64,000 bases of DNA from a virus (Duplodnaviria > Caudoviricetes), in IMG/VR virus record IMGVR_UViG_3300020177_000966. The stretch is one strand, 5' to 3'. Position 1 is the first letter of the stretch. The number at the start of each line of letters is the position of its first letter. The notes beneath the pieces were generated by a model. The model ran no database searches and was not told the DNA's origin. It worked only from the letters and a program-made list of their open reading frames with translations. Made by a program: the position numbers and the translations under genes. Positions 17,260 through 26,896 of this stretch are shown here, one piece after another.

Positions 17260-17519
17260 TTTTCGTCCTTTACTACATAATACATTGTTACTAATTGATC
17301 TAATAATTTTTCTAATGTAGAATGTTCTTTTGCTAGTCTACACAAGTCTTGCCATTCACTATAGTCTAACAATTTTCCTTGGGCTTTAGCAACCGCACTG
17401 GAATCTCCGCCAATGATCCATCGAGGTACATTATTGTGCGGAGGATCTCTATAACGTGCATATACTACTCCGTCTGCACGTTCGTATATTATAGCTTCTC
17501 CTGGCAGGAGTTTAGCCAT
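17256..17519 (-). CDS. hypothetical protein
   Basis: 87-aa ORF coupled to neighbours (IYERADGVVYAR). Confidence 0.7.
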   Translation of the reverse strand: MAKLLPGEAIIYERADGVVYARYRDPPHNNVPRWIIGGDSSAVAKAQGKLLDYSEWQDLCRLAKEHSTLEKLLDQLVTMYYVVKDEK

Positions 17520-17719
17520 TACTCAGCTTTCTTAGGACGACCGCGTCTTTTAGGAGCGTCAGCTTTAGGCGCTGTCTTAGTAGTTGTTTTTTTAGTTGCT
17601 TTAATTGCCGCTGGCTTTTTAGTCACTGGCTTTTTAGCAACTGGTGCTTCTTCTACTTTGACTGCTTCAGAAGGTGTTTCTGAACTGCTACTAAACAAAT
17701 TTTTAAACCATGTAAACAT
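17519..17719 (-). CDS. small Lys/Ala/Pro-rich basic protein with AT-hook-like motif
   Basis: KKPVTKKPAAIKATKK and PKRRGRPKK. Confidence 0.7.
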   Translation of the reverse strand: MFTWFKNLFSSSSETPSEAVKVEEAPVAKKPVTKKPAAIKATKKTTTKTAPKADAPKRRGRPKKAE

Positions 17720-18078
17720 TATTTTTTTCCTTTATTAACTTCTGTGCCACTTGTACGACGAACAATGTCATCGTGATTAAATTCCGCCCAGTATAGTTCA
17801 AAAGCGACACCGTCTTCTAAACCTTCAAACTGGTGGATCTTGCCAGGCTTTACTTGAGTAAAGTCTCCTGCTTTAAGGATAGTCTCATCGACTAGTCCTT
17901 GATCATCTTGCCAAACACGGACAATCATCTTGCCCGATTCAACAAAGAATCCGTTCCATTTAAATTGATGCTCATGCTCTGAGCATTTGTATCCTGCTTT
18001 GTATTCGATGCGGTGAAACTCTAGTACACCGTTAGCATGGATAAGTTCTGTTTGTCCCCAAATCTTTCCTGCTTTCAT
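17719..18078 (-). CDS. cupin-domain protein (sugar isomerase-like)
   Basis: KIWGQTE, CSEHEHQFKWNGFFVESG, PGKIHQF. Confidence 0.8.
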   Translation of the reverse strand: MKAGKIWGQTELIHANGVLEFHRIEYKAGYKCSEHEHQFKWNGFFVESGKMIVRVWQDDQGLVDETILKAGDFTQVKPGKIHQFEGLEDGVAFELYWAEFNHDDIVRRTSGTEVNKGKK

Positions 18079-18584
18079 TATAATAATTCTCCATATTTAA
18101 TTACTTCTGTCTGCCTTGTTACATCTTTAATAAAGTACGCACACAGAGGTTCTTTCTTATCTTCTAACGGAACTGCAAGCAGTTGTCCGTTTTTAACCTT
18201 TGGAAAAAACCATTTAACATCATTATAATAATTAATTACCTTTACTTCTGCCCAGTCTGCTTTAAAGCTGGCCATTGGGTTGAACAAGAACGCTTCAAAT
18301 CCTCTATCGCCAACACTTGTTAATGGTAATACTTCTAAATCATTTCCGCTGTCACTGCATCCAACTGCAATATTCCAATCAATAGGCATTTGAATTTCTG
18401 TCCCTCCAATTTGTAATACTACACTTGGCGAACTAAAACTTTCTAAAAAGATTAGCGGAATAAAAAAGAAGTCAGGATTATCATTATCCGAATTATCTAA
18501 AATGCTGAAACGAATATCCTCTTCAATTTGATCTGGCAAAGTGTTTAAGTCTAACGGAGTATTTTCTAGTGTTAATATTTTCAT
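18078..18584 (-). CDS. conserved hypothetical phage protein
   Basis: 168-aa ORF immediately downstream of the UvsW-like gene. Confidence 0.7.
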   Translation of the reverse strand: MKILTLENTPLDLNTLPDQIEEDIRFSILDNSDNDNPDFFFIPLIFLESFSSPSVVLQIGGTEIQMPIDWNIAVGCSDSGNDLEVLPLTSVGDRGFEAFLFNPMASFKADWAEVKVINYYNDVKWFFPKVKNGQLLAVPLEDKKEPLCAYFIKDVTRQTEVIKYGELL

Positions 18585-18585
18585 T

Positions 18586-20049
18586 TTAATTCCAATCTAC
18601 CTTTTCTATGGTGAAGGGGTATTCAGCCTCCTTATAGAACTTTTTACGTTGTGTTAAATGTCGCTTCGCAAACTTACACGTAGAAGTTATATCCCATATT
18701 TGAACGAAGTCTTTGTCCTTTGCCTTTCTTACGCCCCTACCAATAGACTGAATAACACGAACAAAAGACTTACCAGGTTCAAGAAGAACAAGATTAAAGA
18801 TCCGCGGTATATTAAGTCCAACAGCGGCGACCCCGTAGGTTGCGATAATGACCTCATTAGTCCCTTCACGAATCGTGTCATACGTTTCCTTTCTGTCTTT
18901 GTTTTTGACAGCGCCGCTGATAAACGTGCTGTCTGGTATTAGTTCAGCTAGTGCTTGTCCTGCACTAATTCTGTCTACTAGTATAAGTGTATTGCCTGAT
19001 TGTTTTACTGTGTTTAATAGTTTGCCTAGATATTCGATTCTTGCTGTATTTGTTGTTAAGTATTTTAGTTCGCTTTGATAATCACTATGTACTACAGTAT
19101 CAATTAACTGTACAACATTAACATGACACTCTGATAGTACGCCTTTGTCTTGTAATTCTTTTGCACTAATTTGTCCAATGACTGGCCCAAGACTAGCGTG
19201 AATACTTTCAAACTCAAACTTCTCTCTAGGTACTGTGCCAGTTAGTCCCCATCGAATAGGTGCATTACGTAGGTTGCGAGTGAGCAAGTTCTTTAGAACT
19301 TCTGCTTTGGCTTGGTGTACTTCGTCGACAATAATAGTGCTTACACCTTCTAAGAACTCAGCTAGTGATAGTACAGCTGATCCGTCCTTATGCTTCTTGT
19401 CCAGAATATTCAAACTCTGCCAAGTGCAAATAGTGTGAGTCTTACCTAAGTTCTTTCTGTCTCCGAAGTACACCCCTACGTCGAGCCCACAGTTAATATA
19501 GTCTTCTTCTGTTTGTTCAACAAGTGATTTGTTTGGAACAATAACAAGACTACGTCCGTAAGGCTCAGTTATGTGTGACAGTGTTGCTGTAGTAATAGTT
19601 TTGCCTGCACCAGTAGCAATTTGTTGCAAGCTCTGTGGATTATTTAAAAAGTTATTAATTGCTTCTACTTGGTAGTCACGTAGAATAATATCTTCGCCTT
19701 CTGCTGGATGACCTTTAGGCCATACAACGCCTTGGTCCTTCCAATAGTTTTCTGTAACTGGCTGAAAGTTAAATTGAATTGGATGTCGTCTATCTTCAAT
19801 GTCTACAATTTGTACATTATTTTTAGCAAGTACCTCGCTAACTACATCAAGATGATTAACGTAGCCTGTGCCGCCAATACCAAAGAAAGCAACTTTGCCA
19901 TCCCAACGTCCTAGCTTGTACTGTGGCATATACTTTGCATATGGCACTTCAAACTTAAGAGCATTGGCGAGCTTTCGTCGTACATCTACGTCAAGTCCTT
20001 CTAACTTTATGTTTACTTCGTCTTCAATAATTAGCTTACAACTAGCCAC
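18586..20049 (-). CDS. uvsW: SF2 DNA helicase, T4 UvsW-like
   Basis: LRDYQ, ATGAGKT, VDEVH, GLTGT, QSIGRGVR; GTG start. Confidence 0.93.
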   Translation of the reverse strand: MASCKLIIEDEVNIKLEGLDVDVRRKLANALKFEVPYAKYMPQYKLGRWDGKVAFFGIGGTGYVNHLDVVSEVLAKNNVQIVDIEDRRHPIQFNFQPVTENYWKDQGVVWPKGHPAEGEDIILRDYQVEAINNFLNNPQSLQQIATGAGKTITTATLSHITEPYGRSLVIVPNKSLVEQTEEDYINCGLDVGVYFGDRKNLGKTHTICTWQSLNILDKKHKDGSAVLSLAEFLEGVSTIIVDEVHQAKAEVLKNLLTRNLRNAPIRWGLTGTVPREKFEFESIHASLGPVIGQISAKELQDKGVLSECHVNVVQLIDTVVHSDYQSELKYLTTNTARIEYLGKLLNTVKQSGNTLILVDRISAGQALAELIPDSTFISGAVKNKDRKETYDTIREGTNEVIIATYGVAAVGLNIPRIFNLVLLEPGKSFVRVIQSIGRGVRKAKDKDFVQIWDITSTCKFAKRHLTQRKKFYKEAEYPFTIEKVDWN

Positions 20050-21286
20050 GTATATATTTCCTCAAAGTTCTATTCCAATAGCCTATGTTACTAGAATTAT
20101 CATAAATCAAATGTAAGTCAAACTGATCTAAGTATTCTCGCACAGCTCTTGTCCGACCAGCGTTATAACTAATAACACAATTAGCTCTCCAGTCTGCACT
20201 AAGCAATGGTTTAGGTAGTTTATTGTTACTAATATACACTACTTTTGTATTCTTGTCAACCGAATTGTTAATTTTCTTTTCTTTAATATATTCGTTAAAA
20301 GGATTACTAGATCCGTCTAGTCTAAACATAACGCTAATTTGTGATGTATCAATAAAGTTATATAAAGAATTAAATGTTGTTACCAACTGATCATATGCAT
20401 TTTTTTCGTCTAGTACAAAAAGTATTGGGAATCTTTTTAGATCGTTTATACTAGAAGTAAGCTCGTTAAATGAATACACTTCGTTGTTTACTATATGAGT
20501 TGAGTGTTCTCGTTTAATAATTTGTTGACTTAGGATAGTATGTTTATTAATTGATTTTTCTAATTCAGCATTAGGGAAATAATGAATTCCGTATAGCTTG
20601 CGTCTATCAAAATATAGATCTAAATTATCTGTAGATAAAAGACCAATATCATTTTCGAGATATTTAATTGCTTCTTGTGGAATATTTTTAATTTTTAAAT
20701 CAAATATGCCAGGAAGATAGTCTTGTTTATTGTCTTCGTAAATTCGTAACTGTTTATAAATTTCTAAGATAGAATCGTGGATAACAAACTTACTTTCAAA
20801 TCTGTTAGCAATCTCTACTAATGTAAATATATTTTTTGCACTCATTGGAAAGAAATGCGTATTATCCTCATACTTAACTTCTGAAGGTTGTAATTTACGT
20901 AGTGACTCAACGTGTTGAATCACTTTCTTATTAAAAGGAAAGCGAATACCTAGTATATCTTCGTCTTTGTATCTAAGAACTTTAATCCAATGTGACCTAT
21001 CAATTACTCTCAACGGATACATTAAATTTTGACACACAGTTTCGACGTCAATATTATTAGATGTATATTGATCGCTGTATTCTAAAAGTTTTGTTTTTAC
21101 TAATTGGTATTGTCTATCAGTCATTGCAATCCCCTTAGACAATTGGCGAGCAATACTAGATAAAATAGCAACATCAGGTGTCTTGAGAGTATAATTAGTA
21201 TCTAATTTACTAGAAGACTTTGGAATTGCTACTCCGGTTAGCAAAGACAAACATTCTTCACATGTAGTTGGACTTGTTACATTCAT
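20042..21286 (-). CDS. hypothetical protein
   Basis: 414-aa ORF with its own consensus sigma70 promoter. Confidence 0.75.
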   Translation of the reverse strand: MNVTSPTTCEECLSLLTGVAIPKSSSKLDTNYTLKTPDVAILSSIARQLSKGIAMTDRQYQLVKTKLLEYSDQYTSNNIDVETVCQNLMYPLRVIDRSHWIKVLRYKDEDILGIRFPFNKKVIQHVESLRKLQPSEVKYEDNTHFFPMSAKNIFTLVEIANRFESKFVIHDSILEIYKQLRIYEDNKQDYLPGIFDLKIKNIPQEAIKYLENDIGLLSTDNLDLYFDRRKLYGIHYFPNAELEKSINKHTILSQQIIKREHSTHIVNNEVYSFNELTSSINDLKRFPILFVLDEKNAYDQLVTTFNSLYNFIDTSQISVMFRLDGSSNPFNEYIKEKKINNSVDKNTKVVYISNNKLPKPLLSADWRANCVISYNAGRTRAVREYLDQFDLHLIYDNSSNIGYWNRTLRKYIRG

Positions 21287-21292
21287 AGTCTT

Positions 21293-21321
21293 ATTATAAT
21301 GTATTACAACTTAGATGTCAA
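21293..21321 (-). promoter_or_regulatory. sigma70-type promoter
   Basis: TTGACA (21321-21316), 17 nt, TATAAT (21298-21293), 6 nt, ATG. Confidence 0.85.
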
Positions 21322-22146
21322 GTGTTTTATAGGTATTCCTTTAGAAATTTCTTCAATAGTCCATTCGGTGTGTGCGTAGTCATTAAGCCATTGTATTCTA
21401 TCACCGTACAGTGGATTTTCAATATTGCGTAAGTTTTGTTCTGCAACGTCTACTGCTAAACTGCTAGGGCCTGTAAATGCAGGTACTCCGTTAATAATAC
21501 TATGTATGCCAGGGTTACTTGACCAACTTACAGTAGCCCATATGTTATTGAAGCCCATATCAAAATCGTCATAGCTACCAGTAATATGCTTAGGGTTTTC
21601 TCGTTTAACATTCTTAAATTCGTGTTCAATATGCGGTAATGGACATCTTGGATGTGGTCGAAATATTATAGGACGTTTTGTTTGTGCTTGTATAAAAGTT
21701 ATGGTATCTATTATCCATTGACTCATACTTGGCATACCTTGCCATTGTAAACTCTTATCGTGTTGGCCACAAATTAATATGTATTCACCGTCGTAGGTCC
21801 AAGGTTTTAATGTAAGTCCGAGAAGAGAAGCACGACTACTATCATTCCCCATAGGCCCAAAATAAGCATCTCTATTAATACCATTGAGTCCTACTTTCCA
21901 GGTTGTTCCTCGTTTGATCCCGCCGACTTCAAGTACGATGGTCGGTTTGGATTGTAAAACGTTCCTTTCCCAAATAGCACGGTTTCCAACCATACGACCG
22001 TTCCAAAGTACGCTCCAAATAACATCAATCCCATCATCACTGTTATCGACACAAGTATGCCCAAGAGCATTAGCGCCAGCGTGAAAGGCGTCAAAAACAG
22101 GGCCAGAATTAAGTGCGCCATATTGCCTCCAAAGATTAAATTTCAT
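21304..22146 (-). CDS. capsule-biosynthesis (KpsC/KpsS-like) putative beta-Kdo/ulosonate transferase
   Basis: ILICGQ...D, FRPHPR, SSNPGIHSIINGVPAF motifs. Confidence 0.55.
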   Translation of the reverse strand: MKFNLWRQYGALNSGPVFDAFHAGANALGHTCVDNSDDGIDVIWSVLWNGRMVGNRAIWERNVLQSKPTIVLEVGGIKRGTTWKVGLNGINRDAYFGPMGNDSSRASLLGLTLKPWTYDGEYILICGQHDKSLQWQGMPSMSQWIIDTITFIQAQTKRPIIFRPHPRCPLPHIEHEFKNVKRENPKHITGSYDDFDMGFNNIWATVSWSSNPGIHSIINGVPAFTGPSSLAVDVAEQNLRNIENPLYGDRIQWLNDYAHTEWTIEEISKGIPIKHLTSKL

Positions 22147-22978
22147 TCCAATACGCTTCAGTTCTATTTACCATAATGTCTTTAGCATCAGACTTGCCTT
22201 TGTCTTTGCGGCCGCCTTTCATATGATCAATCCATTTGCCTAACGGACCATTAATCAACGGATGGCCGCCTCCGCCTGACTTTGCTTCACGTAGATACAT
22301 TTCTGCTGAGTAGTCGTGTGACGGAAATTCGCTATACTTCTTTAGCAGTTCGCCAAACACATAACTGTCGTGCCATTCTTCTAATGTGAAGATACCGTTC
22401 TCAGCATCCTCGTACATACGCTCAAAGTCTTCTAAGAAACTGTGACACACAGGATGATTTAGATTCATACCGTAGAACCCGCACTCTGGCCAAGTCTGCG
22501 ATCCTTTACCTCTACCAACATATGTAATGTAAGCATTGTCTGGTAGTAGTTGTGCAAAGTCTTCATATTCCCAAGGGCTGTGAATAAAACTATCTGCATC
22601 CATCCACACACACCACCCCTTAGACCGCGCACAAGCGTCATACACAGCATATGTTTTATTAGCGAACCTAACTGCATCCCACTTGAATTCTTTGTTCCAA
22701 TCCTTGCGTGTGTGACGCTGTGGCTCATTGCTAACGTCTCCGTTAGCTTTGGGAACATTACGCCATTTGTCTTTAAACGCATTTAATTTAGGTAATACTG
22801 CTTTTGCATCTAATATTTCAATACGACTTGGATCGGGATTGTCGGGCACTACATCTTCTGCATACACAAGTAGTTTGATACGTTTATCAACCTTTGATGC
22901 AAAACTTTCTAAAAAACGTTTTCCGTATTTTACATATCCTGCCGGATGAAAAGTTGTTACTACTGTTATTTGTTTCAT
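22136..22978 (-). CDS. GT-A fold glycosyltransferase
   Basis: VVTTF N-terminus, WMDADS DxD motif; start at MKQIT (ATGA overlap). Confidence 0.7.
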   Translation of the reverse strand: MKQITVVTTFHPAGYVKYGKRFLESFASKVDKRIKLLVYAEDVVPDNPDPSRIEILDAKAVLPKLNAFKDKWRNVPKANGDVSNEPQRHTRKDWNKEFKWDAVRFANKTYAVYDACARSKGWCVWMDADSFIHSPWEYEDFAQLLPDNAYITYVGRGKGSQTWPECGFYGMNLNHPVCHSFLEDFERMYEDAENGIFTLEEWHDSYVFGELLKKYSEFPSHDYSAEMYLREAKSGGGGHPLINGPLGKWIDHMKGGRKDKGKSDAKDIMVNRTEAYWNEI

Positions 22979-23916
22979 TTTTTTGCCCATTCTCTCATAT
23001 GTTTCCAACACTCGCCGGATTTTAATTCATTTAACGTCCAATGACTCATTGCAACTCTTCGAAGCCAAGATTCTCTATCAAAGTCGTAATTAGGTGTATC
23101 TATTTTAGTTAAATCTGTATTTGCAACTTCTGCGGCTTGACTTCTTTGAGGATCAATAACAAATACAGGAACTCCTTCAATTGCAGATATTACACCAGGA
23201 CTACTGTTGTAACTAACTACAGCATATGCATCATGGAGGTCTTTTAATAAAGAACTAGTCGGTGACGATATCTTAACTTTGTGTCCAATTGCTCTTAGTT
23301 GCTGAATATGTTTTTCAATTTTCTTATCGCCAGGATGAAACCTAACCATTATTTCTCTGTCAGTATATCTTCTAAGATTTTGTAATAAAGGATGCAACCA
23401 ATTCATAATTTTAAGACCGTCCATACTCCATCCACCATCTCGTTGACATGTAATTAATATATAATCACCGTGTTTTTTCCATGGCTTTAAATTTATACCT
23501 AACGAATCTCGTAGTATTGCCCAGCGTTGCGCAAGTATTTTACTATCACAATATTCTCCAGTGTTTGGAAAAATTCCGTCGAAGCTATATCTTAAAAATG
23601 TATTTGAATTTTTTGGATCGTATGCTAGGAATAAATTTGCATCAGCAATAACAGTTCTTCCATTTATCTCGGACTGTCCTGCAAGAACCCTACGTCTTAA
23701 ATCTAAATGAGGAACGTGTTTACTTTCAGGATGTACAAATCCTTGTAGTACACCAATGTCAGCAGGTTCAAATTGAAATGTATTAATAATCTGTCCTTTA
23801 TCTCCAACAGCGTTTACTCCTTGAATAAAATACTCTATTAACTTTGGTTTTTCTAAATTTTTATTTCCGGGAGGTATAGCCTTCATATAGGCATTTACTC
23901 TTAAATTATTAGTCAT
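22975..23916 (-). CDS. KpsC/KpsS-like putative transferase
   Basis: ILITCQ, VRFHPGD, YNSSPGVISAIEGVPVF. Confidence 0.55.
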   Translation of the reverse strand: MTNNLRVNAYMKAIPPGNKNLEKPKLIEYFIQGVNAVGDKGQIINTFQFEPADIGVLQGFVHPESKHVPHLDLRRRVLAGQSEINGRTVIADANLFLAYDPKNSNTFLRYSFDGIFPNTGEYCDSKILAQRWAILRDSLGINLKPWKKHGDYILITCQRDGGWSMDGLKIMNWLHPLLQNLRRYTDREIMVRFHPGDKKIEKHIQQLRAIGHKVKISSPTSSLLKDLHDAYAVVSYNSSPGVISAIEGVPVFVIDPQRSQAAEVANTDLTKIDTPNYDFDRESWLRRVAMSHWTLNELKSGECWKHMREWAKK

Positions 23917-24775
23917 ATAACTTCATCCTCTCGATCATACCTAATGCAACTCCGCTACTCATTTCTTCTAATGAATATTGGCAGTATGCAAGATAATGTA
24001 AGACCCTTAAAAATTCACTTGCTTTAGGATAGTATGGATTTTCAATATTAGATAAATCTTTATTTGCTACCTCGTCAATACAGGACGGTGCCATAGTAAA
24101 TGCAGGAATACCATAATGCATTGCTTCAAGTCCGGCCATACTTTGGTATGTAACTACAGCATGCACGTTATCTCTTTTACATTGATGTGCTACGCTGTTT
24201 TCTTTAATTCTTTCAAACCGTAACCCTTTGTCACGTATAACAATAGGCCTATCTGTATATTGTTTAAGTTTGGATATAGTTTCTTCTACCCAGCTGTCTT
24301 TATCAATATTATAAAACTTACACGGTTTTTCTGATGGTGTTACAAGTAATATAGGACCGTTGTGGTCCTTTGGATCTTTCCTACCATTATATTTCATATA
24401 TGGTGCAAAGGATACCAATCTGTTAAATCTATCTCCAGGCACATCTTTAATTTTAGTATGTTGTACGTTGTTCTTTACAATTCTATAAAAGTATTTTTTC
24501 TTTTCTAAATTGCCCATATAACCATTATCGATATAATAAAAGTCTCTTCTAGTTTCCCAACAACGCCAAATTTCTTTACGTTTAGTCATGCTACGGAATG
24601 ATACTGGAATACTAATATCCCAGGGCGACTTGTCTATTTTACTACAAATTTCTTTTCGATCAACAGTTAATGCTTTCGTGCCTTTCTGCCAATGTTTCAT
24701 AATTTCGTCTTCGTCATTAAGCATTAGCATCCTAGGTGGTATTGGAGAATTTCCCTCCATATCAAAAGTTCCCAT
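23909..24775 (-). CDS. KpsC/KpsS-like putative transferase
   Basis: IDNGY, ILLVTPS, IRDK, TYQSMAGLEAMHYGIPAF. Confidence 0.5.
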   Translation of the reverse strand: MGTFDMEGNSPIPPRMLMLNDEDEIMKHWQKGTKALTVDRKEICSKIDKSPWDISIPVSFRSMTKRKEIWRCWETRRDFYYIDNGYMGNLEKKKYFYRIVKNNVQHTKIKDVPGDRFNRLVSFAPYMKYNGRKDPKDHNGPILLVTPSEKPCKFYNIDKDSWVEETISKLKQYTDRPIVIRDKGLRFERIKENSVAHQCKRDNVHAVVTYQSMAGLEAMHYGIPAFTMAPSCIDEVANKDLSNIENPYYPKASEFLRVLHYLAYCQYSLEEMSSGVALGMIERMKLYD

Positions 24776-24777
24776 AT

Positions 24778-25455
24778 CTATTCCTTATTCATCATTTCCT
24801 GTAGTTCTTTTTTCCACAGTTCGTGGAATTCACAATTGCGGTAGTTTTCAAACCATGGTCCGCCTTCAGTGTAGTGTATTAGTTTTGGTGTTTCAATATC
24901 ATCATACACTCCTACTAAGTAGTTCCATGTATGATCTAGTTCTCCAATTTCTTCATCTTTAAGCCAGCTAAATCTGTGTAGGTATGCTCCATTGATTTCT
25001 AAACTGTTTACTAAATCTTGATCAAGTACCTTATTACTAGGATGCCCACAGTTAAACAACACAACACTTGACCAGTTCTTACGTGGATAAATTGTTTGTT
25101 TCTGACCATCCATTTTAGTAGTCTCAGTTACTTTGTAATCATGTTTAACACACATAACTGCATACTTGTCATCTGCTTGATCAAACAGTTCTTTAATGTC
25201 TGTAGTAAGGATCATGTCACAATCCATAAACACTGCCCAGCCTTCGAAGTTAGTAAGTTCTGGTATAAGGAATCGTGTAAATGTAAATTCTGTTGATGCG
25301 AGTTTATCTACAGGACGAGTATACCATCCTGCATCTCTTAGCTCTTTTTGTTTTAATGGACGCACATCTGCGTCAGGTTGTCTACTTAGTATGCTGTGTT
25401 TACATACTTGATAAGCAATATCTTCTCTTGGGTCGTAACCTACAAATACCTTCAT
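24778..25455 (-). CDS. glycosyltransferase (GT8-like)
   Basis: VFVGYD, STEFTFTRF, FMDCDM, RKNWSS, IHYTEGGPW; start MKVFV at a TAATG overlap. Confidence 0.85.
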   Translation of the reverse strand: MKVFVGYDPREDIAYQVCKHSILSRQPDADVRPLKQKELRDAGWYTRPVDKLASTEFTFTRFLIPELTNFEGWAVFMDCDMILTTDIKELFDQADDKYAVMCVKHDYKVTETTKMDGQKQTIYPRKNWSSVVLFNCGHPSNKVLDQDLVNSLEINGAYLHRFSWLKDEEIGELDHTWNYLVGVYDDIETPKLIHYTEGGPWFENYRNCEFHELWKKELQEMMNKE

Positions 25456-26216
25456 TAATCCCTTCTTTCTATATCTTCTTCGTAACACACTCCGCGTTGT
25501 ATTTCGAGTATGTGTGCATTTTCTGTTCCTGGATTACTTGCTTTGTGCCAGACTTCTTTATTAATTTCGTACGGTCTACTCAATGGAGTTAGGTAAGTAA
25601 TCTCTTGGCGTTTGTTCCATTCAGTTACCATTTTAACTTCGCCTTCAAGTATTGTCCATTGTTCGCTACGTTTGAAATGTTTTTGGTCACTGAGTGCTTT
25701 GCCTGGATAGATTACAAGTTCTTTTACTTTATAACCTTTCTCTGGTTTGTTGTCTAGCACCCGCCAGTATCCCCAATCACGTTCTGTCTTTTGTGTTTTC
25801 CATTCGTCAAGTATCCAACTGCTACTATTAGCTTTGTTGTTCCCACCTACGCCAAACTCAAAAGAAATATTTTCTACTTCAGTATCCATTTCTGGAATAT
25901 TGTTTGATGTTCGATCGCCGCCGTTTGCAAATATAATATGAGCATCCGGATACATCATTCTTACATTTTTAATTGCTTCCTTAGACGAATTATCATCATC
26001 GTCAAATAGTAAACAATGGTCAACCATAGATAAGTGTTGTATGATTGTCGTGCGTTCGGCGCCCGGCATAAACGGACGACCTTTCTTGCGTGTAAGCCAA
26101 GCATCGGTGTTAATACCTACAACTAATTTATCGCCTAGTTGTTTTGCTGACTTAAAGTATTCAATATGTCCTGAGTGGAGTGGATCAAATCCTCCGGTAA
26201 CTAATACTACTTTCAT
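25455..26216 (-). CDS. cytidylyltransferase-like (HxGH) domain fused to C-terminal cupin
   Basis: TGGFDPLHSGH, FANGGDR, then ERDWGYW...SDQKHFKRSEQW...WHK cupin. Confidence 0.85.
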   Translation of the reverse strand: MKVVLVTGGFDPLHSGHIEYFKSAKQLGDKLVVGINTDAWLTRKKGRPFMPGAERTTIIQHLSMVDHCLLFDDDDNSSKEAIKNVRMMYPDAHIIFANGGDRTSNNIPEMDTEVENISFEFGVGGNNKANSSSWILDEWKTQKTERDWGYWRVLDNKPEKGYKVKELVIYPGKALSDQKHFKRSEQWTILEGEVKMVTEWNKRQEITYLTPLSRPYEINKEVWHKASNPGTENAHILEIQRGVCYEEDIERRD

Positions 26217-26221
26217 GTAGA

Positions 26222-26229
26222 TATTTATA
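26222..26229 (-). promoter_or_regulatory. T4-type late promoter inside the glycan locus
   Basis: TATAAATA, 5 nt, ATG (26216). Confidence 0.65.
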
Positions 26230-26236
26230 TGCGTAC

Positions 26237-26896
26237 TTATTTGCTAGTTGTTGATTTGATACCTTGTACTTTAGTAAAGTAAGGCTTATATGCTCGTAAC
26301 CAAGGACATAACTGTTTACACATAATAGCATCGTTAGGCCACCAACCAATATTGTCTTGTAAGTTACATATCTGCTGTGCGGCTTCTGGTTTAATAATAT
26401 ATGCGCTGTGTCCTGGCAATCCCTGAGGAATATTTTGATCAGTTACCCACGGAACTTCCTGTTCTCCTGAATTATCTAGCTCATTGTAAAGTTTCCAATT
26501 AAAGGTAGCATGGTCTGGATTATTAATACTAATAGCGCCGGCAACAAATTCAAATGGTTTAAATTGTCTTGTAAAAATAGCATCGTGTTCAAGAATCATA
26601 ATTGTTTCATTAAGCTCAACACTCTTTTGCCATAGTGCATAATGGCTACCTGCGGCAGCAATACGTTTAGTCATATCATATGTTTTATATGCCTTAAGTG
26701 TCATGCCAGTTGTAGGACAAATTGTCTTCTTAGTGTAAGGCCATTTCCAATTTACTTCCCACATAGTATCAGGTGTAATTGCGTCAAACTTTTGAATATC
26801 TAATTCTGAGTTTGTATCCTTTACAGATTGAATACATCTATCAGCATGTAGCTGACTATCTTTATGCCCTGGTATAGTAATTACATACGCTTTCAT
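26237..26896 (-). CDS. glycosyltransferase (GT25/Lex2B-like)
   Basis: YVITIP, SHYALWQKSVE...MILEHDA, AYIIKPEAA. Confidence 0.75.
   Translation of the reverse strand: MKAYVITIPGHKDSQLHADRCIQSVKDTNSELDIQKFDAITPDTMWEVNWKWPYTKKTICPTTGMTLKAYKTYDMTKRIAAAGSHYALWQKSVELNETIMILEHDAIFTRQFKPFEFVAGAISINNPDHATFNWKLYNELDNSGEQEVPWVTDQNIPQGLPGHSAYIIKPEAAQQICNLQDNIGWWPNDAIMCKQLCPWLRAYKPYFTKVQGIKSTTSK

Noticed and set aside
18078-18584. Possible Hint-like fold in the 168-aa ORF
   Set aside because: Only a vague beta-pattern resemblance; no N-terminal Cys/Ser or terminal His-Asn; needs HHpred
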